Positions 22,500 to 33,840 of a DNA stretch of 64,000 nt are shown piece by piece. The position numbers and the translations under genes were made by a program. Below the pieces are notes generated by a model. It did no database searches. It saw only the letters and a list, made by a program, of their open reading frames with translations, and was not told where the DNA came from. The DNA lies in NCBI RefSeq assembly GCF_004010195.1, contig NC_057753.1, positions 692,330 through 756,329 of the forward strand, in the 5' to 3' direction. The DNA is from Chiloscyllium plagiosum. Taxonomy: Eukaryota. Each line of letters opens with the position of its first letter. Positions within the stretch are counted from its first letter, which is position 1.

Positions 22500-23960
22500 G
22501 TCCTGATGGTAGAGAAATACATACACAGAACACACAAGAGGAACTTCAAGACTTTGAGTCTGCACCGACCTAACTACTCTAATCCTACTTTCAGCCATTT
22601 GTGTTGAATGTGATGACACTTGAAGTGATCATCCACGTTCACAGTTAAATATTATAACGTTTCTCGCTTTTAGTACACTCCGAGGCAGTGCAATCCAGAA
22701 GCCTACCACTGCCCGAGTAAATATTGCATAAAATTCATTCTGACACGCGTTCCAAAGAACAACAAACAAAGAAAATTTACAGCCCAGGGACAGACCCTTC
22801 GACCCTGTAAGCCAGAGCCGATCCAAATTTGCTTTCTAATTCTTTATCATCTGTATCCCTCTACTCCCCACCTACTCATGCATTTGTGCAGACGCATCTT
22901 GAATGAATCTACGTTGCCTGCCTCTATCACCTCTGCTGGCAAAGTCTTCCAAACGCCCACCACCCTCTGTGTGAAGTACCTACCGCGTGTGACCCCCTTA
23001 AACTTTCCACCTCTCACCTTGAAAGTGTGACCTCTCGTTACTGAATCATTCACCCTGGGAAAAAGCTTGTCTCTATCCACCCTGTCTATACCCTTCATGA
23101 TTTCGTAAACCTCAATTAGGTCCCTCCTCAATCTCTTTTTTTCTAATGAAAATTAACCTGACCTACTCCACCTTTCTTCATAGCTAGCACCTTCCATTCC
23201 AGGCAACATCCTGGTTAACCTTCTCTGCACCCTCTCCAAAGCGCTCACATCCTTTTGCTAACTTGGCGATCAGAACTGTACACATGTTTCTAAATGCATC
23301 CGAACCAATGTCTTGTACCATTTTAACATGACTTGCCAGCTCTTGCCAGCTCTTATAATCAATACCCCGTCCAATGAAGGCAAGCATACCACATGCCCTC
23401 TTGACCACTCTACCCACCTGTGCAGCAACCTTCAGGGTACAATCGACCTGCACTCGCAGATCTCTCTGCCCAACAACCTTTCCCAAGGTTCATTGTATAT
23501 TTCGCTCTAGAATTGGTCTTGCCCAAATGCATCACCTCACAGTTTTCTGGATTGAAATCCATCTGCCACTTTTCCTCCCAACTCTCCCTTTTCCGTTTAT
23601 TTTCAAACATGTCCCTTGCTTACTGAATCCTCAACTAAAGGAAACAGCATTTTCACATCTACCCTGTTCATGCCACTTATAGTCACGTACACCTCAATCA
23701 CGTTCATAATCTGTTTTTTCTGTTGTGAAGAAAGCAATCAGGAGGTATATAGTATCTGTTCACATCGAGAGCTCTCCATTTCTGGTTAATATTCTCCAAA
23801 CTCCTTCCAGTTCAGAAATATCCTTCATATAGTTTTCTAACAGTACTGCAGACAGTAATTCAGCTGTGGTCTCACCAATATTTTGGTCAGCTTCAACATA
23901 ACCGTCCTGATCTTACATATATACAATGCATACTGATAAATGCAAGGGTCTGAAATGCCT
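22500..23960 (-). mobile_element. Nested CR1 LINE 3' fragments (younger copy ~22756-23590 within an older copy)
   Basis: Minus-strand ORFs RRDLIEVYEIMKGIDRVDRDKLFP...FTQRVVGVWKTLP and WEEKWQMDFNPENCEVMHLG. Confidence 0.85.
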
Positions 23961-25531
23961 TCTTGCAATGAAAGTGGCCCTCGACATGCTCACAAATTTG
24001 AGTAGGCGACTTCAACATCTCCAACACCCTTTATTTGAAAAAAAAAGAGGTTCATCACATCACTCTCTAATATGTTAGCACTAATTAATACTATTATCCC
24101 TCATCCTTCTGTACTTTGTGACCATCATCATCCTTATCACCATTAGATAACGATGACGGAGTTACCAGTTCAACACTTCGGTTTCATGCATCTCAAGTGT
24201 TATCTTGTTTCACTGCATTTCTCTCAGAGCTAATCTCAGCCTCCCCGAGTAATTTATCTTTAATAGTAATTCATCATGATCACTGCAACTAGCCAGCATC
24301 CATTTGATGTTTTTAGGCATGATTTCATTCCGGTGATTCTGTGCTATGCAGACTCTATGACCAATGTATCCTTCTTGATGTGTGGCCTCTGCAGCCAAAC
24401 ACAAAGTTAAGAATTCAATGTAATAATAACAGAATGTCCAACTCCTTGTGTCTCACTGCCTTAATCTATCAAACAAATACAAATGCAGATGTTCTGAAGA
24501 AAGGTTACTGCACCAACATCGTCAAACCTACTCTCTCTCTACAGATGCTGCCAGACCCGCGGAGATTTTCCATCAATTCCTATTCTTGTTTCTGATTTAC
24601 TGTATCCACAGACGTTTAGTTTTTGTTTTGATTGATGAAAATGTTTTGCCTCAGAAAAATAATGAATTCCTGCATGACAGTTGGTTGCTTAGGAAGTAGG
24701 TGAAAACCTCATTTCACAGGGCACCAGATTAAAGTAGAGGAGGTTTCATAGTTTCTTTGGACGTGTTCAAGAGCCTTATTATAATTTTTAATTTTAATCA
24801 CTTGTATTTTAAAAAAGCACACATACATAATGTGTCATCAGTTAATTCTTTCAGGTTTGCTAGAGCATGGAAAACAGATTATCCTGGAATTTCCTGGAGA
24901 CATTTTCGAAATTTGATTCTCAACAATTTGTCGTTATATGCTTCAGGGTGTGCTTTTACATTTTTCCTTTAACTGGCCTCTGAAGCATATGTTGGCACAG
25001 CATTACTGAACCAGTGATCAAGTTGTCAACTGTTTTCAGTGAGGCCATTTCAAGTTGCTGGCAGGATGACGCTGTAGAATGAAAATCAATTCAATCAGGG
25101 TAATAACAGGAACTTATAATTTGCTGATGTTTTGAAATCAAACTTGATCTGTCTTCATCAACTGAAAAACAAACCTGACATTTGCCCTCAGGGGCCATGA
25201 TCTACCTTTATTTGTACTCGTTTGATTTGCTAAATCACCAGAGAATTTGTCTCCTGTGCAACTGAACTTAATTATCTCTGAAAACATGAATCTATGCTCC
25301 ATTTGTCTTTCTTCCTAGTTTAAATTGCTCTGTGTTCTTTCCATACTTCAGGGCATGTCTAACCAGAGTTGAGGTTACCTCGGCGTGATCTTTTGTCAAT
25401 AGTTTCCAGATCATATTCCAGATGTCCCGACTTCATAACTATCGTCTGTTTTTGCCTTTTTGTGTATGCATTACAATTCTAAATGTTTTATACATTTCTT
25501 CTCGTAATTATTGCACTTCTTCTCCCTGCAG

Positions 25532-25540
25532 GTGAAGTGA
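25532..25540 (+). CDS. IgNAR: IgNAR TM2 exon coding part (VK*), giving a KVK cytoplasmic tail
   Basis: Strong acceptor ttgcacttcttctccctgcag|GTG AAG TGA, phase 0 matching the TM1 donor. KVK is the canonical IgM/IgD-type tail. Confidence 0.9.
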   Translation: MK

Positions 25541-27213
25541 CCTCCACTATTGAAAGTAATTACATCTGATTTCATTGAAAGCTTGTGAATAAAGCTCCCA
25601 TTAGATGCTGATCGCAAATCGCATTGAATCGATTTTCGCTCTCAACCGTTTTGACTGCTCCACGGCATCACTTCAACGTGTCATCCTATTTACTCTCAAC
25701 TAAGGAATGGGAATTGCTCGCACATTTTTCATCATTAATGTTTGCCATCACGCTTTCTTTTTTATGTATTGATGTTAAGGAAATTCCTTGTAACTGCTTC
25801 AGACTGAGGAAATTACACTTCCCCAATTTAATAAGGTGAAGACAAATCTTTGAAAGTTGCCAAATGTTGGTAACATTTTGAAAATTTGATGTGTATCTAA
25901 TGTAACTAGCCTGTAAGAGGTATTTTCGATATATATTTGTGACTAGTAAAGAGTAACTTTCCGAACAGACAGGCGGTCAAACATAGAACGTTTACCCAAG
26001 AGCATTAGATAGATCACAGAAGTTCAAATCATTAGTATAGAATCAAAAAATGCATCATCCAAAAATTGTGTTTGAGATGACTTGAAAACAAATCTACAAG
26101 CTTGAACGTTCTTCTCCCCACTGTTGTTCACTAATAATCTGCCAGCGCGAGATGAAGAATTCCTCTGTTTGTTTTTTTTATTTGCTAAATACTAAGGCTA
26201 TCAGTGCTGAATGTGAGTAATCGTTTCGTTTGCTTGAACTAACGAAGGCAATGTTGAAAATATCTTCAGGATATTTCAAGATACAGAGCCCAGAGAGCAC
26301 TTAATACAAATTCATGAGAGTAGCATTCAATTGTATTCCACCTTAACACAGTCCCAGGATTTCACATTCTTGTAGAAATCTAATGGGTACTGTGCACTGC
26401 CATTACTGTCAGTAACAACACATATGTGGAAAAGTGTTCCAAATATGATTCCTTTTTCAAATCATTGTTACGAATTCCATCAAAATTGTTGTTATAATAG
26501 TGGCTGAAAAGCAAATTGACGAGGGGCTATTTTCCAACATACTTTAAAACGATTCGTTATCTCTCTCTACTGTCAAAGGCAAAAGAACATCAAATCGACA
26601 CAAGATGGTCTGCATAATCATTGCTAGAATGCAAATGACAGATTTATCTGCTGTTTATCCAGCTGCAAACCTTACAAGTTGCAATGAAAACGATTAATTA
26701 TAAGAGAATAAATCTCGTTTTGAGTGGATCTGGGATTCATTCCTGAAATGACTGGGCCATTTCAAACCTTGCAACATCTTTGTCATTTGCTTGCTCAGTA
26801 TCTTATACTGTATTCCCACGTGTTTCTGAGACTTTGAATTGACTTCATTGACAAGACTGTCATGATTGTGATTTTCAAATGAAAAATGTAGTGTCTGAAA
26901 CAGTAGAAACTTGCACTTAGTTCCGCGAACTGTGGAAATGAAATGCTGTCACCAATACATGCCCCTGTTGTGTTTTCATTTCGTTACTGCTTTTATATTC
27001 TTCAATGTAGAGGTGTGAAATGTGCTTGCTATTTTGTGATCCATGTTGATATTCATTTGTTTTGCTGAAACTCTGGCCTAAAAACTAACATGTGTTTTTG
27101 AAGTTCAATGTTATTCAGTTCGTTCCAATGACTACGTCAATAATTGCCTACATTCGCTTTATAAATGGTGTTGCTTTTGCAAGTAAAATTTAAAAAATCA
27201 AGTTTTAAATAAA
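25541..27213 (+). other. Putative 3' UTR of membrane IgNAR mRNA with alternative poly(A) signals
   Basis: Stretch after the TM2 stop with no repeats that I recognise. AATAAA at 25588-25593, 26707-26712 and 27208-27213. The true end cannot be fixed from DNA alone. Confidence 0.5.
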
Positions 27214-28291
27214 CAACCGGTATTCAAAGCTCTATTCATTTACTTTCAATGTTTCCTGCCGGTAGGAAAGTCAGGTCGAATGGAAACTGTCTCCTGTAGA
27301 GTAGGCAGCATTGAAACGACCAGCTCTTAATTCCCATCTACAATTCCTCCTTGCGAGATTATTGTTTTTAATCTGTTACAATCTACATTACATAGGGGAC
27401 TGCACAAAACATGTCTGGATGGCAAGTGCTGGTTGAAACCATGCTAACGAATGACCTTGTACTTCCAGACAATAGAGCAACGTGGTTCTGAATTCATCAC
27501 ATAACAAAGAAGCGGGATAGACAGTCATTGAATTAGTGTCACGGATTTTAGCAATCAGCTACATCATAGTCTTCAGTTCTTCATTGTTCATGAAAGACAG
27601 AAATAATTATACTAATTGTATAGACTTGGAAGCTCGATATCTTCGCATTGGATATTACGGCTAGTGTTGAAATAATTATTATACAGCTTATGAATGCAAT
27701 TGGCTTTATCATTACAGGAGAAGGCAGGGATTTGACATTGTGCAGTGAATGATCCCTGATTTTCCAATGCTGAAGGTACAGGTCAATAAATTTGGTCCTT
27801 ACTGAGCTACCACTATCTTGGGCCGATATTGAACATTATTTTTACAATGTCTTTTAAACAATCTTATAAGATGTCACCCCAAAATGTTACTGCAATGAGC
27901 CGCATTGTCCATTGTCAGTGGCCTGAGACACATCGTCCATTTTCAGTGGCACATCTTGAATTAGCAAGCAAGGGCGAGAGTCCCAAGATCGCTTGGCATC
28001 ATTACGTAGCTCATTCTTAACGCGATCCCTTACTAACACATACTAATTTAAGACAGACCTCACATTAGATGCTTTCAATCTCCTAAAGTTTGCAAAAACA
28101 GCTTCATTTCATGCATTTCCTGAGTATTGCAAATGCCTCAAAAGCTCTTGTACGGAAGCATTAGGAGAGCTGAAAATGGTATTAGTCTACAAAATCAAAT
28201 TTGAGTCAATGATTTACAATAGTTATTGATATGCATTCATTCAAACGTCGTCAACGTTGTGGGAACAGTTCAAAATCGTCAACATTACACT

Positions 28292-28605
28292 GGGCGGCAC
28301 GGTGGCACAGTGGTTAGCACCGCTGCCTCACAGCGCCAGAGGCCCGTGTTCAATTCCCGCCTCAGGCGACTGACTGTGTGGAGTTTGCACGTTCTCCCCG
28401 TGTCTGCGTGGGTTTCCTCCGGGTGCTCCGGTTTCCTCCCACAGTCCAAAGATATGCAGGGTCAGGTGAATTGGCCATACCAAATTTCCCGTAGTGTTAG
28501 GTAAGGTGTAAATGTAGGGGTATGGGTGGGTTTCGCTTCGGCGGGTCGGTGTGGACTTGTTGGGCCGAAGGGCCTGTTTCCACACTGTAATCTAATCTAA
28601 AAAAA
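28292..28605 (+). mobile_element. HE1/V-SINE, full length
   Basis: tRNA-like A/B boxes, V domain, CR1-like tail and (taatc)n end. TSD attacac at 28284-28290 and 28606-28612. Confidence 0.93.
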
Positions 28606-29183
28606 ATTACACATGAAATAGCTTCACTCCCTTTCATATTATCGAAAAACATGCGCACAAGTGACATAACATTGGGATTTCGAGAAGTGATTTTAATACC
28701 TTACTGAGTCCAAGAACACTTGCAAAACAATTGAATAGTTAACATTAAATTCAATAGCCTGAAAACAACGCAAAAAGTTCAAGGAACAGTGAGGTTAAAT
28801 CTCGCATACTACGTCCCTGATTTGTGTGATGATCAGAATATGCTAATCTTTGTCTGGTTTCACCAATATGCTTCATACGAATTATACAAGACAAAAGAAA
28901 TCCTGCCAGCATGTTTTCCGTGCATAACTTCTTCCCTCACTTATCGCAGTCATACGGGCGAATTCAATTGTGTAATACAGAAGCGAAACTCAATTGAAAG
29001 TTTTCAGCTTTTTATCTCAGGAGATAACTTGAAGCCATGTCCTTTCTATAATTCGAAACTAAGCCATACTTAATGGATTTCCCGCAGAAAATTACACAGT
29101 GCAGCACGATCAGCAATCGGTGTATGCTTTGCTGTCTTGGTACACTTCTGTAAAGGAGAATGGGTTCATGTCACAGCATTTCA

Positions 29184-29214
29184 CGCCACCTAGAGAATAA
29201 TGCTAGCTATTGCA
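29184..29214 (-). promoter_or_regulatory. Candidate CTCF site with upstream (ZF9-11) motif
   Basis: Minus strand reads TGCAATAGC-N9-TCTCTAGGTGGCG, compared with consensus TGCAGTNCC-N8/9-CCACTAGGTGGCG. Motif match only. Confidence 0.5.
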
Positions 29215-30715
29215 TGTTCGAGGAAACGGAGTCAACATCTCAGATTGGACAGACAATACTTTTGTTCATTTAGATCGCAAAAAACGTGTCACACAAAAAA
29301 CGTTTAAGACCTTAATTCTATGCACCTTGACAACTTCGATAACACACATTCATCGATTTGAACTTCCCAGGAACCGCCACCTTTTGAGAGTTAATGCACA
29401 ATGTGTGCGACAATTGTTTCCAAATTTACTCTAGAATGGCCTGTGCATAATTTAAACTATTATTGGATTTTACATGTATTCTGCAAACGAACTGACAAAG
29501 CGAAGTCAAATCTGCTGCTTACAATTATTCATCAATCTAATATGTATAAGAGATCACTACAAATCCATCTAATCTTAAAAGAGCACACTCAGACTTTTTA
29601 TCACAACTTATGTATTTGAATACTATTACCCTTGTACTACATTTGGAGCATCGAGGTTCAAGACAGACCTTTTGGAGAGATCTGTACGTGGACGGCTCAT
29701 TTATTTTACTGGAAAATTATATGCATAGAATTTATGTTGATTTAATCATCGCTAAAGATATTTGCTTTAAATTGTGGAGGCGAGTTTGTTTATGGAGTTT
29801 TTGGAGAGGCCGACGCTTTGGCAACGTCTGCAGTAAGTTGCTTTTTAAATCAGAAGTTTGAAAGCTGTCTGCTGGAACATTTGAGCAGGAGCAACTTTTA
29901 CTCAATCCTTTAACTCAGTGGTTGATTTTATTTAAGATTCTAACGCTTGATTTTTTTAAAGTTCTTAATGTCTGCATGCACGATGTTAACTCTTTGGTGC
30001 AGAAAAGTCGTTTATTTTGTGTTTAAGGTGTCATTTCAAATTGCTTCTTTTTAGACTTAATAACGTTCAGCTCATACAAGAGACACAGAGATGTCAGGCT
30101 AATTGATTTGGAGAAGTGATTAAAGCGCAGGATACTGAGAGAGATGGGTGACTATCACGAAAGGTAAGAGGTCACTTCAGAAATCTTTCGTGATTGTAAC
30201 CCTCACAATCAAATTCTTAGTTATGGCCTCCACTAGGAAAATTCATGAGACAGTCAAACTTTGGACACAATGAATGTGTCTTATGTTGGGCAGTGTTTGA
30301 GAAAATTTAAAGCAATCAGTTTTAAGGGATTGTCCCGTCAAGTGCACTGACAGGTTATTCTGCGATTATAACCGTGAATTTAGGATCGAAGGACGTTTTC
30401 CTAATGTGAGGAATCAGGAAGTCTCGAAATGTTTGAAGCATATCGTTAAAGGGGAGAGTGAGAAATCGTACGTTATTGCACGTATTTGTAAGAATAACAT
30501 ATTTAAGGCTTCACAGAGTGAATGTGACAGGTTAGGCAGAAGATAAAAAAAACCCAGCACCCTTGGCTTCTATTTTGGGGCAGAAAAGACCTGCTCAAGT
30601 AGAATGGGTTTATAAGTACTGGAAAGGAATGAATATCCTTGCGGGAAGATTTGTCAATTATATTAAGGGATCCTGCAAACTACGAAAGAAAAGGGGTGAA
30701 GGAAGACAAAGTAAC

Positions 30716-32233
30716 AGACTGGCTAAAGAATTACACGCAAGACTGAAATACATAGTAGAAGAGTCACAGCACTCCATCCACTCCACTCAGGAATTCCTAA
30801 AATTCATCAAAAACACCAAAATAGAGGAAGACGAAGCAATGATCTCATTCGACGTAACAGCACTGTTCACCTCCATTAACATCGACCTGGCAAAGGAAAC
30901 ACTTACCACACTTTTAGAAGAGACAATCACACACACACCAATCACCATCAATCACATTACCAACGAAAACATCATGGAGCTAGTGGACCTGTGCCTCACC
31001 ACCCACTTCGCTTTCAACAGCATAGTCTACAAACAAACCAACGGCACACCCATGGGATCTCCGCTATCAGGATTCATAGCAGAAGCAGTAATGCAAAGAC
31101 GAGAACAAACAGCCCTGCCAACCATCAAACCAAAAATCTGGGTCTGCTACATAGATGACACATTTGTCTTCACAAAACGAAACAAGATAGAAGAGATATT
31201 TAACATCATCAACAATACCCTCACAGGCTTAAAGTTCACCAAGGAGGAAGAAACCGACAACACACTCGCATTCCTGGATGCCACAGTCGAAAGAAAGGAC
31301 AACGGAGAACTACAAACCCGTGTATACAGAAAACCGACAAACACTGACCAAATACTTAACTACACCAGCAACCATCACAACACACACAAACGAAGCTGTA
31401 TCAGAACACTATTCCAATGAGCCACCACACACTGCAGCACAGACGAACTACGCAAAACAGAGGAGAACCAGCTATACAACGTATTCAAGAAGAACGGATA
31501 CTCAAAAAATACAGTGCACAGATTCCTCAAGAACAAACCACGACAAGCAGACCAAACACAGCCAAAAACCCTAACCACTTTACCATACATCAAAGAAATT
31601 TCAGAAATGACAGCCAGACTACTAAGACCTCTCGGAATCCTATCAGCACACAAACCCACCAACACTCTCAAACAAAAACTAACAAACTTGAAAGACCCAG
31701 TACATCCCATGGACCAAACCAACGTCATCTACAAAATTCCATGCAAGGACTGCCATAAACACTACATAGGACAAACAGGCAGAACGTTAGCCACCAGGAT
31801 ACACGAACACCAGCTAGCCACAAATAGACACGATCCTCTTTCTCTCGTAGCCCTACACAATGATGAAAAATGCCACCATTTCGACTGGGACAACACATCT
31901 ATCCTGGGACAGGCTAAGCAAAGGCATGCCAGAGAATTCCTAGAGGCCTGGCACTCCAACCACAACGCCATAAACAAACACATAAATCTAGATGCCATCT
32001 ATCAACCCCTCAGAAAACGAACAGGAAATGACATCACCACAGACCTCAGGAACCCCATCCAGGAGAAAGATATAAATAGAAAGCAGGAGACAGCAGCTTC
32101 ACTTCACTTGGAGGTCGTCACTGATGATGTTACCTAGCTAGGTAATGAAACGTCTGGATATCAAACCTACAACTCAGCGAGCAAACCTACACCCTAAATC
32201 TCCACCTGAGTTACAAACCTTCACAAACCTTGC
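30716..32233 (+). mobile_element. Penelope-like retroelement (RT + GIY-YIG endonuclease), 5'-truncated, one in-frame stop
   Basis: RT motifs ISFDVTALFTSI, GTPMGSPLSG and WVCYIDDTF. GIY-YIG NVIYKIPCKDCHKHYIGQTGRTLATRIHEH. ORFs 30563-31420 and 31514-32137 are in the same frame, separated by TGA at 31418-31420. Confidence 0.93.
32118..32157 (+). ncRNA. Minimal hammerhead ribozyme motif at the Penelope 3' end
   Basis: UCA-CUGAUGA-U-GUUACCU(AGCU)AGGUAAU-GAAAC-GUC^UGG. Core boxes at 32121-32127 and 32147-32151, predicted cleavage after 32154. Confidence 0.75.
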
Positions 32234-32599
32234 AAGAAAATCTCTGAATAATTAATTTGCATTTATTTCAATGTTAGGCGTCTTACAGGTAAGGCTGGTG
32301 ATTTGAAACATTGGCTTGGGACGTCATATGACAAAATTCTGGGCAATGTATGGACAGGTCTGGCAGCTCCATGGTTTGGTTTTTAGATTTCAAAAATTGA
32401 TTGGAGTAGAGTGTTCATTGGCGATGGGACGTCTGATAAATTGGAAGCATTCAAAAATGTGATGGCGAGAGTCCAGAGTCATTATGCTCCAATTAGAGTG
32501 AAATATAACTTCGTAGGGTGAGAACACAATGGATGTAAAACATATTGAGTCATTAATAACAAAACCACATATCTAATACAAACAATCGTTGTTTCTAAT

Positions 32600-33840
32600 T
32601 AACCTCTTGAACAGTGTAAAGACTGACGGGCCATCCTCAGGTGGGAGATCAGGAAGGCAAATAGAAGATATGAGCTATCGTGAGAAAGTAAGATTAAGAG
32701 TAATCCAAAGGTATTCTGTAAGTACATAACGAACAAAAGAACAGCTCGACTGAAAGTATAGCTCATTAAACATTAACGATGTATTCCTTGTGTGGAACCT
32801 CAGGAGATGGGACAGATATGAAATGAGTGTTAGTCATCAGTTTTTCCCGTGGATGTAAACAATGTAGCCTCGAAACACAACAAAATAATATGTAACAAAA
32901 CAGAAGAGAAAATCTTGGACGTCTTCGATAATTTCAAATTAGATAAATCTCCAGGACTTAATCTATTATATCCAGGGACTTTGCGGGAAGTTAGGCAGGA
33001 AACGGCGGGGATCCTTGCAGAAATATTTGCATTGGCTATAAATACAGTTCAGTTACCGAATGACTGAAGAGTAAACAATGTTTTGCCTTTTTAAAATAAA
33101 GGATTTCAGGCGAAACCTGTGAATCATACACATACAGGTCTGACAGTTAGGTTTCAGGTGCATAATTCTTTAAGTTTGCATCACATATAGATAGGGTTGC
33201 CAAGAAGACGTTTGTCATGTTTGTCTTCATTGCTCAGACCTTTGTGTACATGAGTCGGGACATTTCATTTAGAATACTATGACGTTGGTGAGGTTTCACC
33301 TGGATAAATGTGTCCAGTTCTGATCTCCCTGCAGAAGAAATGATAGCATTATGCTGGAGATGATTCAAAAGAGATTAACCAGACGTTGCCTGGAATGCAA
33401 TGTTTGCGTTGGAAGAAGAGGCAGGATAGGCTGGGGCCTTTTTCTCCCCCAAGAGCTTGAAAGGTGCAATTAAAGAGGTGTATAAAAACATGAGGGATAT
33501 GGATAAGGTTAACAGCAGATGTATTTTCTCTTGTGTGGTGGATTTCCAGACTAGAGGGCATATTTTTAAGTTGAGAAATTAAAGGTACTAAAAAGATATG
33601 AAAAGAAACTCATTTACATGAAGACTTGTTCACGTGTGTGATGAAAATCAAGAGGAAGTAATGAATGATGTTTCTAAGGCATTTAGATACGTGTACGAAC
33701 AAGAAATGTTTGGAGGGATATGGGTCGCACACAGGTAAGTCGGCTCGTTCAGATTGGGATCATGTTTTTGTGGACTGATTGGAATGAAGGGTCTGTTTCT
33801 ATGCTGTCTGACTCTCTGACTCTACGACTCTGACTCTACT
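32600..33840 (+). mobile_element. Degenerate CR1 LINE (internally deleted)
   Basis: Remnants KLDKSPGLNLLYPGTLREVRQETAGILAEIF and KSNPKVFCKYI, with tail gaagggtctgtttctatgctg...(gactct)n. Confidence 0.75.

Larger units (their letters stand above)
7880..25540 (+). other. IgNAR: IgNAR heavy-chain constant-region gene (C1-C2-C3-C4-C5/Sec-TM1-TM2); leader/V/D/J not in window
   Basis: Five C1-set Ig exons in order, all phase 1-1, plus a secretory tailpiece and two membrane exons. Translations closely resemble nurse shark IgNAR C1-C5 as I recall them. No stops or frameshifts. Confidence 0.97.

Noticed and set aside
28292-28370. tRNA gene or RSS heptamer in SINE heads (also 12600-12670, 37942, 42691)
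   Set aside because: These are tRNA-derived V-SINE heads continuous with the V domain and CR1 tail. The CACAGTG is part of the A box and has no nonamer.
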